64,000 nt of DNA from Acidimicrobiaceae bacterium. GTDB taxonomy: Bacteria; Actinomycetota; Acidimicrobiia; Acidimicrobiales; Aldehydirespiratoraceae. The notes beneath the pieces were generated by a model that saw only the letters and a program-made list of their open reading frames with translations, made no database searches and was not told where the DNA came from. Location of the stretch: positions 11,236 to 75,235 of the forward strand of contig JAPPMP010000032.1 of assembly GCA_028819005.1 (NCBI GenBank), in the 5' to 3' direction. Of this stretch, positions 1-9,322 are shown in pieces (the first letter of the stretch is position 1; every line of letters starts with the position of its first letter). The position numbers were made by a program, and so were the translations under genes.

Positions 1-486
1 GCAACCGCCGCGGCGATGCCGGTGCATCCTGCGCTTCTCGAATCGGCAAAGCACGACGTCCCGCGTGCCGGCAGCCTGATGACTTCGTGGGGTTGCAGCA
101 GCCGGGCCCATGTGGGGCGCCACGCCTCGCCGGGCTTCTGGCTGCTGGGCGGGTCGCGGGCGCTGGTCGAGGTCTCTCCCGGCGGTGCGCTTGCCGCGGA
201 CATGGCAGCTTGCAACAGCTATGGCGGCGCGGTCGACGCGGCTGCGTCCGTTGCCTGCCCCGTCTCGGTCATCCTGGGAAGTGACGACAAGATGACCCCG
301 GTGCGCTCGGCTCAAGAGTTGTTGGCGGCCTTCGATCCTGGTGAAACCGTGCCCGCCGTCAAAGTGACCGTGCTCGACGGAGTCGGTCACATGATCCCGC
401 TCGAAGATCCCGGGCGCACCCGAACCTGTATCACCGAGGCGCTTGCGACCGCGGACGCCTCACTCGCTCCCGACGATCGGGACTGA
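1..486 (+). CDS. alpha/beta-fold hydrolase, C-terminal portion (5' end outside window)
   Basis: The frame of ORF 16..486 stays open back to nt 1. The C-terminus 'VILGSDDKMTP...VLDGVGHMIPLEDP' resembles the Asp/His end of an alpha/beta-hydrolase triad. Confidence 0.5.
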   Translation, partial: ATAAAMPVHPALLESAKHDVPRAGSLMTSWGCSSRAHVGRHASPGFWLLGGSRALVEVSPGGALAADMAACNSYGGAVDAAASVACPVSVILGSDDKMTPVRSAQELLAAFDPGETVPAVKVTVLDGVGHMIPLEDPGRTRTCITEALATADASLAPDDRD

Positions 487-2253
487 CGACCGGTCGAGCA
501 CCCGGGCCGGGATCCAGCCTCGGACCGAATTGATCAACCAGACCGAATCGGCTCGGTCGAGGTCATCGACGGTGACGATCGCCTCCTGGATCCGACGATT
601 GGCCAACAGCTCCGCTCGCAGGGTGCCGGGCAGCAGGCCGCTGGACTGCGCGGGGGTGACGGCGGCGCCGTCGATCTCCAGCACCAGATTGGCGATCGTC
701 GTTTCGGTCAGCTCGCCACGCTCGTTCCACAGCAGCACATCATCGGCGTCGGGGCGTCGGGCGAGCGCCTGGTCGTAGCGGTCGCGCCGTGTCGTCTTGA
801 ATCGTAGGAATTCGTCGTCGCTGGATACCGGCAGCGTGTCGAGGGCGATGCGCCACACCGGATCGGCCGCCGGCAGCGACGTCTCCGCGACCTGCACTTC
901 AATTGCGCCGTCGGCCGAGACCAGGACACGCACTCGTTGGGTCGTCTCGGCCCGTATGGCGTCTAGCCGCCGCCGGACTTCTCCGGGATCCATGTCGAAG
1001 CCGAAATGTTCGGCGCAAGCCGTCAACCGGGCGAGGTGACGATCAAGCAGGATCGGTCCCGCGCCCGGTTCCCAGGCCAGTGTCTCGAGCAATCGAAAGG
1101 GTCGTGTCGCCCGATGCAGCACGCGGGCTTTGTCGTGGGCCTCGTGCCACTCCGCGGTGGGTTGAGAGTCCCAGACGATTCCACCGCCGACGCCGTAGAC
1201 GGCCTGCCCGTTGCGTTGATCGATCCAGGCGGTTCGGATGGCGATATTGAACTCGGCGTCGCCGCCCGGCTCGACCACGCCGACTGAGCCCGTGTAGATA
1301 CCCCGCGGCTCGCCTTCGAGTTCTGCTATCACCCGACTGGCAGCAACTTTGGGAGCGCCGGTGATGGAGGCTCCGGGAAAGGTCGCGGCGAGCAGTTCAC
1401 GCAGCGAGGCGGTGGTCTCAGCTGTCACGGTCGAGGTCATCTGATGCACGGTCGGGTAGCTCTCAACCGTGTGGAGCTTCGCGACTCGAACGGTGCCGAT
1501 CTCAGCCACGCGGCCGAGATCGTTGCGGGCCATGTCGACGATCATCGTGTTCTCGGCACGGTCTTTTTCGCTGCGGACCAATTCGTTGGCCAGATCACGG
1601 TCGATCATCGGGTCGGGGTGGCGAGGCCTGGTTCCCTTCATCGGACGGGTCACCACACTCGTGCCGCGCCGAGAAATGAGTTGTTCAGGCGAAGCCGAGC
1701 ACACCGCCGCTGCACCGAAGTCGAGGAAGGCGAGATGGTCGGCTCGCTGTGCCCTGCACAGGGCCGCGAACAGACCCTCCGGATCCCCGGAGAATCGACT
1801 GCGGAGCCTCAATGTGCAGTTGACCTGGTAGGTGTCGCCTGCGGCGATCATTTCATGGATGGACTCGACAGCGGACTCGAAGGTTTGCTGGTCTGCGCTG
1901 GGCGTCCAGGCTCGAGTGGTGAAGGCGCGGCCGGCGGGCCCCAGCGACGGACGGGGTTCTTCGAAAGCTGCGAACGCGACCAAAGGAACTGAGCGATCAC
2001 GCAGGCTCGACAGCGCTTCGTCGAAGGCGGGCGCCGCGTCGTAGGAGACGATCCCAACCAGCCACAGGCCCCGCGCCGCGGCGGTTTCGACAGCGTCGAT
2101 CGTCGGCTCGACGTCACTGAGCTCCGCGGCGGAAAAATGAGCGACCGGATTGCGGAACTCCAACCATCTGCGTCCCTGACCGGAGTCGTGACGAACCAGA
2201 GCGCGGCGCAATCGCAGAGGCGCGGACTCGTTATTGTCGGGATGGTCGTGCAT
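460..2253 (-). CDS. pabB: bifunctional chorismate-binding enzyme / class IV aminotransferase (PabB-PabC type fusion)
   Basis: ORF 460..2352. Chorismate-binding signatures 'MIVDMARNDLGRV' and 'GAPKVAASRVIAELEGEPRGIYTGSVG'. The C-terminal ~270 aa are class-IV aminotransferase/ADC-lyase-like ('FLRFKTTRRDRYDQA', 'LLWNERGELTETTIANLV'). Met34 (2253) is preferred as the start because it leaves a divergent promoter; ATG 2352 is also possible. Confidence 0.8.
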   Translation of the reverse strand: MHDHPDNNESAPLRLRRALVRHDSGQGRRWLEFRNPVAHFSAAELSDVEPTIDAVETAAARGLWLVGIVSYDAAPAFDEALSSLRDRSVPLVAFAAFEEPRPSLGPAGRAFTTRAWTPSADQQTFESAVESIHEMIAAGDTYQVNCTLRLRSRFSGDPEGLFAALCRAQRADHLAFLDFGAAAVCSASPEQLISRRGTSVVTRPMKGTRPRHPDPMIDRDLANELVRSEKDRAENTMIVDMARNDLGRVAEIGTVRVAKLHTVESYPTVHQMTSTVTAETTASLRELLAATFPGASITGAPKVAASRVIAELEGEPRGIYTGSVGVVEPGGDAEFNIAIRTAWIDQRNGQAVYGVGGGIVWDSQPTAEWHEAHDKARVLHRATRPFRLLETLAWEPGAGPILLDRHLARLTACAEHFGFDMDPGEVRRRLDAIRAETTQRVRVLVSADGAIEVQVAETSLPAADPVWRIALDTLPVSSDDEFLRFKTTRRDRYDQALARRPDADDVLLWNERGELTETTIANLVLEIDGAAVTPAQSSGLLPGTLRAELLANRRIQEAIVTVDDLDRADSVWLINSVRGWIPARVLDRSSVPIVGSE

Positions 2254-2366
2254 TCCGTCTGAAAGTATGCCAACCGCAGCCCAGCGCGCCGCTACTTCAG
2301 GTACGATCACCGATATTGCGGGGCGTGATGCCCGATAGCTGTGGTTTCGCACTTGACGGGGCGGAA

Positions 2367-3671
2367 ATGAACGAGGAACAGAACATCGAGGGCGGGCCGT
2401 TCATCTCGGTGAATCCGGTGGTTGCCGCCCGCGGGCTGCTGTTGGGAATTGCTCTGCTGATGGCCGGCAATGGCTTGCAACGGTCCCTGCTGGGAGTCCG
2501 TTCTGAGTCCGAGGGTTTCGGTGTGGTGGCCATCGGTGTGGTGATGACCTGTTATTTCGCAGGGTTCTTTCTCGGCGGTCTCTATGTGCAGCGACTCATC
2601 ACGAGAGTGGGCCACATTCGTGTGTTCGCTGCCCTGGCATCGTTGGTCTCAGGCGCTTCGTTGGTGTATGTGTTGTTCATCTCGCCGGTGTCATGGGCCT
2701 TGATGATGTTCGTGACCGGAGTCTGCATTTCCGGCCTGGTCGTGGTCTCGGAGTCGTGGTTGAACGACATGGCGACCAATGCCACCCGCGGCCGCCTGCT
2801 GGCGATGTACATGGTCACGACGATGGGTGGGATGACCGTCGGCCAGTTTCTGCTCGAAACTGCAGATATTGAAGGGTTCAGACTCTTCGTGTTCGCCTCC
2901 CTGCTGGTCTCGGCTTCTTTGGTTCCGGTGACCCTGTCCGCGTCGAGCAACCCGCCCCTTAGTGTTCCGGAGCCATTGTCGACCCGCGAGCTGGCTCGCA
3001 ATGTTCCCACGGGGGTGATCTCGGCGTTCTGGGTGGGAACCTCAGCAGGCGTGTTGATGGGCCTCGGTGCGGTTTACGCGGTGACAGTCGAGCTTCCCGC
3101 GTCGCGAATCTCCTTGTTCCTGGCCGCGCCGTTGCTCGGCTCGATCGTCCTGCAATGGCCGATCGGTTGGCTCTCCGATCGGGTCGGCCGCCGTGGCGTC
3201 ATGTGGTGGGTCGCTGCTGCGGCCAGCGCCATCGGCGTTGTGTTGGCTCTGGTCGATCCGAGATCCTGGCTGGTGATCGTTCTGATGTTCGGCCTCGGAG
3301 GGATGACTTTCTCCCTGTACTCGTTGACGATCGCATACACCGCGGACTGGCTTCCCCAAGCACAACTCACCGCGGCGTCGGCGGCCTTGGTGCGAATCAA
3401 CGGAGTCGGGGCGGTGATCGGCCCGCTCGTCGTGGCCCCCGCCATGGCATACACCTCGACTCAGGCCTACTACTGGGCTCTGGTTGTGACCCACGGCGTG
3501 ATCGCGGCTTACATCAGTTGGCGCGTGTTGTTCCGCAATCCTGTACCGAAGGAGCTCCAGAGGGTGTTCGTCGTCTACCCGGCCCGAGCCTCCGCGGTCG
3601 CTTCCAATCTCATCGGTCGCCGTCGCCGTGTCCACGACCCCGAACCAAAACCCCGTTCTGGCGGCGCATAG
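2367..3671 (+). CDS. MFS transporter
   Basis: ORF 2316..3671 has many hydrophobic segments and the MFS motif-A-like loop 'GWLSDRVGRRG'. The start is taken at the internal Met (MNEEQN). Confidence 0.7.
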   Translation: MNEEQNIEGGPFISVNPVVAARGLLLGIALLMAGNGLQRSLLGVRSESEGFGVVAIGVVMTCYFAGFFLGGLYVQRLITRVGHIRVFAALASLVSGASLVYVLFISPVSWALMMFVTGVCISGLVVVSESWLNDMATNATRGRLLAMYMVTTMGGMTVGQFLLETADIEGFRLFVFASLLVSASLVPVTLSASSNPPLSVPEPLSTRELARNVPTGVISAFWVGTSAGVLMGLGAVYAVTVELPASRISLFLAAPLLGSIVLQWPIGWLSDRVGRRGVMWWVAAAASAIGVVLALVDPRSWLVIVLMFGLGGMTFSLYSLTIAYTADWLPQAQLTAASAALVRINGVGAVIGPLVVAPAMAYTSTQAYYWALVVTHGVIAAYISWRVLFRNPVPKELQRVFVVYPARASAVASNLIGRRRRVHDPEPKPRSGGA

Positions 3672-3731
3672 CGCCGGAAATCGGTGCATGGCACCGCCAG
3701 AAGCAGTTAGGGGGTGAGGGGGGACGGTTCG

Positions 3732-5306
3732 CTAGTAGGCGGCGTCGGGCATCTCGGATTTGCGACGGGTGATGAACTCGCGCATTTCGGCGTCGATTGC
3801 CTCGTCGATGGGTGGCGGTTCGTACTCGGCGAGCAGCTTCTTCCATTGCGTGTTGGCCCGTTGCGCAGCGCTGAGGCTGCCTTCGGATTCCCACTGCTCA
3901 AAGCTGTTGTTATCGGCGACTGACGAGCGGTAGAAGGCCGTCTCGAAATTGGCGAGCGTGTGAGCGTTGCCCAGAAAGTGATCGCCATGGGGGTTGGTGC
4001 GGAAGGCGTCCATCGCCTGCCCGTTCTCGGACATGTCGATGCCTCGGGCGTACACGCCCATCATGCCCAGTTGATCGGCGTCCATGATCAGCTTCTCGTA
4101 ACCGAGCGTGAGCCCTCCTTCGAGCCAGCCCGCGGCGTGCAGCACAAAGTTGACGCCCGCTTCGAGGGTCGGAAGGATCGTCGAAGCCGACTCGTAGGCC
4201 GCCTGGGCATCGGCTGTTTTGGACGACGTGAACTGGCCTCCGGAGCGGAAGGGCACGCCGACCCGCCGGGCCAAAGCGGCCATCACGTTGATCGCTTGCC
4301 CTGCTTCTGGCGTTCCGAAAGTAGGAGCACCGGTCGCCATCGACATCGAGGATGCGAACGTCCCGAAGACCACCGGCGCTCCCGGTCGTACAAGCTGGTA
4401 GTAGGCCATTCCCGAGAGCGCCTCGGCGAGGGCCTGCGTGCATAACGCGGCGACTGTCACCGGTGACATCGCTCCGGCGAGGATGAACGGCGAGATGATG
4501 GCGGCTTGGTTGGCGCGGGCGTATTCGGTTGCAGCGCCGAGCATCGTCGAGTCCCAGCGAAGCGGCGACGAGGCGTTGATCAGCGATGTCATCACAGTTC
4601 GGTCCTCGAGGTCGCCGCCGAAAGCGATACGGGACAATTCCACCGAGTCGGCCGCTCGCTGCGCGGCGGTCACCGAACCCATGTAGGGCTTGTCGCTGTA
4701 GGCAATATGGGAATACACCATGTCCAGGTGCCGCTTGTTGACCGGCACGTCCACCGGTTCGCAAACGGTGCCGCCGGAATGATGCAGGTGCGGGAGCATG
4801 TAGGTCAGCTTGACCGCGTTCTGGAAGTCGGTGAGCGTGGCGTAACGCCTCCCATTGTCCAAGTCGGTCACGAAAGGCGACCCGTAATTCGGGGCGAACA
4901 CCGTGCTGTTGCCGCCGATCCTTACGCTCCGCCGGGGGTTGCGGGCATGCTGGGTGTATGCCGCGGGAGCGTTGCGGGCAAGGATTTCTCGACACATGCC
5001 GCGGGGGATCCGGACCAGTTCTCCGTCGATGTCGGCACCGGCGTCGCGCCACAATTCGACAGCCGAGGGGAAGTCCTGGAACGCCACGCCGATTTCGGAC
5101 AGGATCGTCTCGGCGTTGTGTTCGATCTGGGAGAGGCCTTCCTCGTCGAGCATCTCCACGGGTGGCAGCGTCCGTTCTATGTATGCCACCGTTTCGGCGG
5201 TTGCGGCGGCTCTGGTTGCTTGGCGGCCGGCTCGTCCGCCGCCGCGGCGGCCCTGCCGACCTGCTTTGGGCCTTGGTTTGTTGGTGGTGGGTCGAGTATC
5301 GGTCAC
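3732..5306 (-). CDS. MttB-superfamily methyltransferase, non-pyrrolysine class (quaternary amine:corrinoid methyltransferase, MtgB-like)
   Basis: Uninterrupted 524-codon ORF with no in-frame TAG. It has the basic Arg/Gly-rich N-terminus and overall MttB-family look, and is the last gene of a corrinoid operon. Confidence 0.75.
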   Translation of the reverse strand: MTDTRPTTNKPRPKAGRQGRRGGGRAGRQATRAAATAETVAYIERTLPPVEMLDEEGLSQIEHNAETILSEIGVAFQDFPSAVELWRDAGADIDGELVRIPRGMCREILARNAPAAYTQHARNPRRSVRIGGNSTVFAPNYGSPFVTDLDNGRRYATLTDFQNAVKLTYMLPHLHHSGGTVCEPVDVPVNKRHLDMVYSHIAYSDKPYMGSVTAAQRAADSVELSRIAFGGDLEDRTVMTSLINASSPLRWDSTMLGAATEYARANQAAIISPFILAGAMSPVTVAALCTQALAEALSGMAYYQLVRPGAPVVFGTFASSMSMATGAPTFGTPEAGQAINVMAALARRVGVPFRSGGQFTSSKTADAQAAYESASTILPTLEAGVNFVLHAAGWLEGGLTLGYEKLIMDADQLGMMGVYARGIDMSENGQAMDAFRTNPHGDHFLGNAHTLANFETAFYRSSVADNNSFEQWESEGSLSAAQRANTQWKKLLAEYEPPPIDEAIDAEMREFITRRKSEMPDAAY

Positions 5307-5325
5307 GTTGCCACTGTATTGGGGT

Positions 5326-7362
5326 TCAGGTCGCAGATCTGCGTCGTCGACGGACGCGGTGCCCGGCAGCGCTCACCGTTTTATGTTGGGGAAGGTCGAC
5401 GACCTTCGACAACTCGGCCGACGGCGCAGATTGATGCGGGAAGGCCATCGCTGCGACGAAGAGCTCTTGGAATCGGGGTTCGGTTGCCGTCTCGATCTTC
5501 TCGATACGGCTCACGGCTTGAGCGATCTCACGGCGTTTTGCCGCTGACAGCAGCATCCGTACTGCGCCGGCGCCCGAGGAGTTCCCGACAGATTGCACAG
5601 CGCTGGGGGCGCAGTCGGGGACAAGCCCCAGCACCAGCGCATAAAGGGGGTCGATGTGTGCACCGAAAGCGCCCGCGAGCCGGATGTCGTCGACCTCTGT
5701 GATTCCCGCGTGTTCCATCAGCAGGTCGATCCCGGCTCGCAAGGCGGCTCCTGCCAGTTGAATCTGACGCACATCGTTCTGCGTGATGAACAGCGGAGCC
5801 GGTCCCGAGCGAATCACATAACGATGGGTGCGCCCTTCGGGCTCCACGAATGGCGTGTGATTCGCCAGAGACTCTTGGATCACCCCGTTGCTGTCGCACA
5901 CGCCGGCCAGGAACATCTCGCCGATCACCTCGATGATCGCGGAGCCGCACAGGCCCGCAATGTCGAGGTGGCTGACGTCTGCCGCGAAGTCCGGGTCGTC
6001 GCTCCAAAGATCCGAGCCGATCACCTTGTAACGGGCCGCGAACGTCCGGCGGTCGATCCGAACCCGCTCGACAGCTCCCGCTGTTGCCCTCATCCCGCAC
6101 GATATTTGAGCACCCTCGAAAGCCGGTCCCGTGGGCGATGAGGCGGCGTAGGTCCTCGACGGGGTGCCGAGCACGATCTCGGCGTTGGTGCCGACGTCGA
6201 CCAGCAGTTGCGGTGCGGTTGAGCGATGGGTGCCCTCGTTCAGCGCAGCAGCCGATGCGTCGGCCCCGACATGGCCGGCGATGCAGGGACCGATGTGGAC
6301 TCGTGCATAGCAAAGCGACAAGTCGAGTTCGCCGGCTCTCATGTCGACCGGTGCGCTGACAGCGAGGGTGAACGGCGCGGCGCCGAGCGGAGTCGGGTCG
6401 ATTCCCAGCAACAGGTGGTGCATCACCGGGTTGCCGACCACCACCAGATCATGAATGCGGGATCGCAATTCCTCGCTGGGCTCGCCGGCTTCGTCGGCTA
6501 GATCGTCAATCAGAGAGTCGAGTGCGTTTCGCACGGCGGTTGTCAGTTCCCGGTCGCCGCCGGGGTTCATCATCACGTAGCTGACGCGGCTCATGAGGTC
6601 CTCGCCGAAGCGGATCTGCGGGTTCATGGTTCCGGCGTGGGCAACGACGTCACCTGATGCAAGGTCCACCAGATAACCGGCGATGGTCGTGCTGCCCACA
6701 TCGATGGCGACCCCGTACAGCGCCTCGTCGAAACCGGCTCGCACTGCCACCACCGTGCCGTCGGAGTGCATGATCGCGGTCAGCCCCCGCCCGCCGGCTG
6801 CCAGTGCCGGATGAAGGTCGGGGAGCACTCGGGCGTCCACCGAAGCTTGGTCGATGCCCCAGTCGGATTTGAGCGCTTCGCCGAGCAGGTCGCACAGAGC
6901 CTGTTCGTCGCCGAGCAGTTGGCCCGGGAGCTCGACATAACGCGCGGTGATCAGAGGGTCGACGGTGAGTCCTTCGAGGTTGATCTTCTTGCGGACGACA
7001 GGTCTGTGGACCTGGCTGTCGGTCGGGACGTCTATGACCACGCTGGATCGCACGGTTGCCTGGCACCCCAGCCGATCACCAGGTTTGATGGCGCGTCGGC
7101 CCTTGTAGTCGTCCTCGCTTTGAGTCCATGGGTTCAGCGCCGCGGCGGTTGAATGTATGTGCCATTTGGCGAACTCGCCGATCGAAGGTGTGACTTGGCA
7201 ACGGCCGCAGAGTCCGCGCCCCCCACAGGTGGAATCAAGGTCGATTCCGGCCGATCGCGCGGCGTCGAGCACCGTGGTTCCGACGGGCGCGGTTGCTTTC
7301 ACCCCTGCTGGCATGAAGATGACCGTGGCGTCGCCATCGGCAGTTGCAGGCTCTGAAACCAT
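5326..7362 (-). CDS. corrinoid reductive activase (2Fe-2S ferredoxin domain + ASKHA/DUF4445 ATPase; RamA/RACo-like)
   Basis: N-terminal plant-type ferredoxin motif 'STCGGRGLCGRCQV', followed by a long ASKHA-like body ('AIDVGSTTIAGYL', 'LLVDVGTNAEIVLG'). The start is set at Met42 (7362), 7 nt after the upstream stop. Confidence 0.75.
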   Translation of the reverse strand: MVSEPATADGDATVIFMPAGVKATAPVGTTVLDAARSAGIDLDSTCGGRGLCGRCQVTPSIGEFAKWHIHSTAAALNPWTQSEDDYKGRRAIKPGDRLGCQATVRSSVVIDVPTDSQVHRPVVRKKINLEGLTVDPLITARYVELPGQLLGDEQALCDLLGEALKSDWGIDQASVDARVLPDLHPALAAGGRGLTAIMHSDGTVVAVRAGFDEALYGVAIDVGSTTIAGYLVDLASGDVVAHAGTMNPQIRFGEDLMSRVSYVMMNPGGDRELTTAVRNALDSLIDDLADEAGEPSEELRSRIHDLVVVGNPVMHHLLLGIDPTPLGAAPFTLAVSAPVDMRAGELDLSLCYARVHIGPCIAGHVGADASAAALNEGTHRSTAPQLLVDVGTNAEIVLGTPSRTYAASSPTGPAFEGAQISCGMRATAGAVERVRIDRRTFAARYKVIGSDLWSDDPDFAADVSHLDIAGLCGSAIIEVIGEMFLAGVCDSNGVIQESLANHTPFVEPEGRTHRYVIRSGPAPLFITQNDVRQIQLAGAALRAGIDLLMEHAGITEVDDIRLAGAFGAHIDPLYALVLGLVPDCAPSAVQSVGNSSGAGAVRMLLSAAKRREIAQAVSRIEKIETATEPRFQELFVAAMAFPHQSAPSAELSKVVDLPQHKTVSAAGHRVRRRRRSAT

Positions 7363-7369
7363 TGCCGAT

Positions 7370-8269
7370 TCAGGCGATCCCTCGGCGGTTCGTTCGCCTC
7401 CGGCCCCGTGCCTCTCCGTCGATTGCCGGGGCGCGGTATTCGCGGATCCATGCAGCGCAGTCCCGATCGTGGCCGGCGAGCACATCGGCGGCCATCACCG
7501 CAGTCTTCACTTCGGGATGCATCGGATTCATGATGGCTGAACTCATGCCCGCACCTATTGCCATCGATAGGAAGGTACCGGTGATTGCGTGGCGGTTCGG
7601 CAGACCGAAACTGACGTTGGAGGCGCCGCAGGTGGTGTTGACCTGCAACTCGTCGCGGAGGCGACGAACCAGCGCGAAGACCTGCTGTCCAGCCGTGCCC
7701 ATTGCGCCTATGGGCATCACCAACGGATCGACGACAACATCGGACGCTGGAATCCCGAAGTCGGCGGCTGCGTGCACTATCTTGCGGGCGACGTCGAATC
7801 GCACATCGGGGTCTTCGCTTATCCCGGTTTCATCGTTGGAGATCGCGACCACCGCCGCGCCCGCTTTGGCCACGAGTGGGAGCACCCGTTCCAGCACCTC
7901 GTCTTCGCCGGTCACAGAGTTGATCAGTGGTTTGCCTTCATAGACGGCGATACCGGCTTCCAGTGCTTCGATGATGGACGAGTCGATCGACAAAGGAACG
8001 TCGGTCACCGATTGCACGAGTTTGATTGCCTGGCTGAGCAGGGCCGGTTCGTCGGCCAACGGGATGCCGGCGTTGACGTCGAGCATGTGGGCTCCTGCTT
8101 CTACCTGAGCTATGGCGTCGGCTTCGACCCGGCTGAAATCGCCGTTCTTCATCTCTTCAGCCAGCAGCTTGCGGCCGGTCGGGTTGATGCGTTCACCGAT
8201 CATCACGAAAGGTCGGTTCAGGCCGATCACCACTTCTTTGGTCGCGGAGCTGATGACGGTTTCAGTCAT
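7370..8269 (-). CDS. methyl-corrinoid:tetrahydrofolate methyltransferase (pterin-binding domain, MtgA/AcsE-like)
   Basis: 'FVMIGERINPTGRKLLAEEM' and 'AHMLDVNAG' are typical of pterin-binding methyltransferases. The start at Met61 (8269) gives an ATGACTGA overlap with the upstream gene. Confidence 0.75.
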   Translation of the reverse strand: MTETVISSATKEVVIGLNRPFVMIGERINPTGRKLLAEEMKNGDFSRVEADAIAQVEAGAHMLDVNAGIPLADEPALLSQAIKLVQSVTDVPLSIDSSIIEALEAGIAVYEGKPLINSVTGEDEVLERVLPLVAKAGAAVVAISNDETGISEDPDVRFDVARKIVHAAADFGIPASDVVVDPLVMPIGAMGTAGQQVFALVRRLRDELQVNTTCGASNVSFGLPNRHAITGTFLSMAIGAGMSSAIMNPMHPEVKTAVMAADVLAGHDRDCAAWIREYRAPAIDGEARGRRRTNRRGIA

Positions 8270-8645
8270 GGTGTTGGGGTTCTTTCTCATTGGGCTCGGG
8301 TTGGTTGCGGGGCTCGGGTTGGTTGTCCGGCGCCAGACCACCGTTGGCGACCAGCGCCTCGAGCCGGTTCTTGTGGTACTGGCTGTGGATGCTGTCGGCT
8401 GCGGACTGTGCGGCTGCGACGGCATCGGCCTGCACTGGGGTGGTGACACGACGCCACTGCTCGATGTACTTGTGAGTCTCGGTCAGTCCAGCGACGTGAG
8501 CGGCCCGATCAATGGCGTGTTGGAAGCGGGGGTGGAGCATGATCTTCTCGTTGTGGCCGTTGTCGGTGGTTGCGGTGATCTGGGCGGGAATGTCACGCCA
8601 GTAGATGGTCGTGAAACCGGGGTTCCGGCTGCGTCTTCTGCTCAT
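8262..8645 (-). CDS. small 'virulence factor'-domain protein of MttB/corrinoid clusters (function unknown)
   Basis: 127 aa with 'IYWRDIPAQI...LHPRFQHAIDRAAHVAG'. It has ATGA overlap with the upstream gene and an 8-nt overlap with the downstream gene. Its C-terminal tail has an 18-nt duplicated PEP(N/R)Q segment. Confidence 0.5.
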   Translation of the reverse strand: MSRRRSRNPGFTTIYWRDIPAQITATTDNGHNEKIMLHPRFQHAIDRAAHVAGLTETHKYIEQWRRVTTPVQADAVAAAQSAADSIHSQYHKNRLEALVANGGLAPDNQPEPRNQPEPNEKEPQHHD

Positions 8646-9322
8646 AGCGGCGCCGTCTGCTTTTGGGCGATTTCGAAGATCCGGGATTCGAGTTCGCCGT
8701 ACCCCGTGCTGAGCCGGTCGAAGGCGAGACCGAGCCGATCGGCGGCGGCGCGGGCTTTTTCGTCGAGCACGGGGTCGTTGGTCTGGGCCAGGTAGACCAG
8801 CTTGGTGTAGTTGCCGAAGTACATGTCGCGCAGTTCGGGGTGGGCTTCGATTCCCAGCCCGACCATGACGATGCGTTCGAAGTGCTTCACCAAGTAGTCG
8901 GTGAGGTAGAAGGCGGTCGGATCATCGTCGTGCATGGAGTCGAAACGCGCCCCGGCGAAGAACTGGTAGCAGTGGGCTCCGGGCATCATCTCGATGGCTG
9001 TGCCGGAGTCTTGATACTCGCAACAGAGGTCCACCAGTTCGCCCGAGGTGCCGCAGTCGGCGTACCCCAGCAGGATGCGGTCGTATTTCCCTTTGCTGCG
9101 GCTCAGGCGTCGGCGGACGGCTGCGCCGATGTTCTCCGGACGGTTGTGAAGAGAGGCGGGCAGACACTCGAGGGTGATGTTGCCGAACTGGTGGAGACGG
9201 GAGATGTCGCGAATCTCGCGTGCGAGCGCCCCGCAGGCGAGGATCAGCACTCGGGGAGGGTCGTTCGCGTTGTTGTCGGCGCCGGCGACCGGAGAGTTGG
9301 CAGAGCCGCCTGCGTCGGTCAT
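8642..9322 (-). CDS. DUF1638-like protein (accessory gene of corrinoid methyltransferase clusters)
   Basis: 226 aa with 'VLILACGALAREI' and 'GYADCGTSGEL'. It has ATGA overlaps at both ends. Confidence 0.6.
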   Translation of the reverse strand: MTDAGGSANSPVAGADNNANDPPRVLILACGALAREIRDISRLHQFGNITLECLPASLHNRPENIGAAVRRRLSRSKGKYDRILLGYADCGTSGELVDLCCEYQDSGTAIEMMPGAHCYQFFAGARFDSMHDDDPTAFYLTDYLVKHFERIVMVGLGIEAHPELRDMYFGNYTKLVYLAQTNDPVLDEKARAAADRLGLAFDRLSTGYGELESRIFEIAQKQTAPL

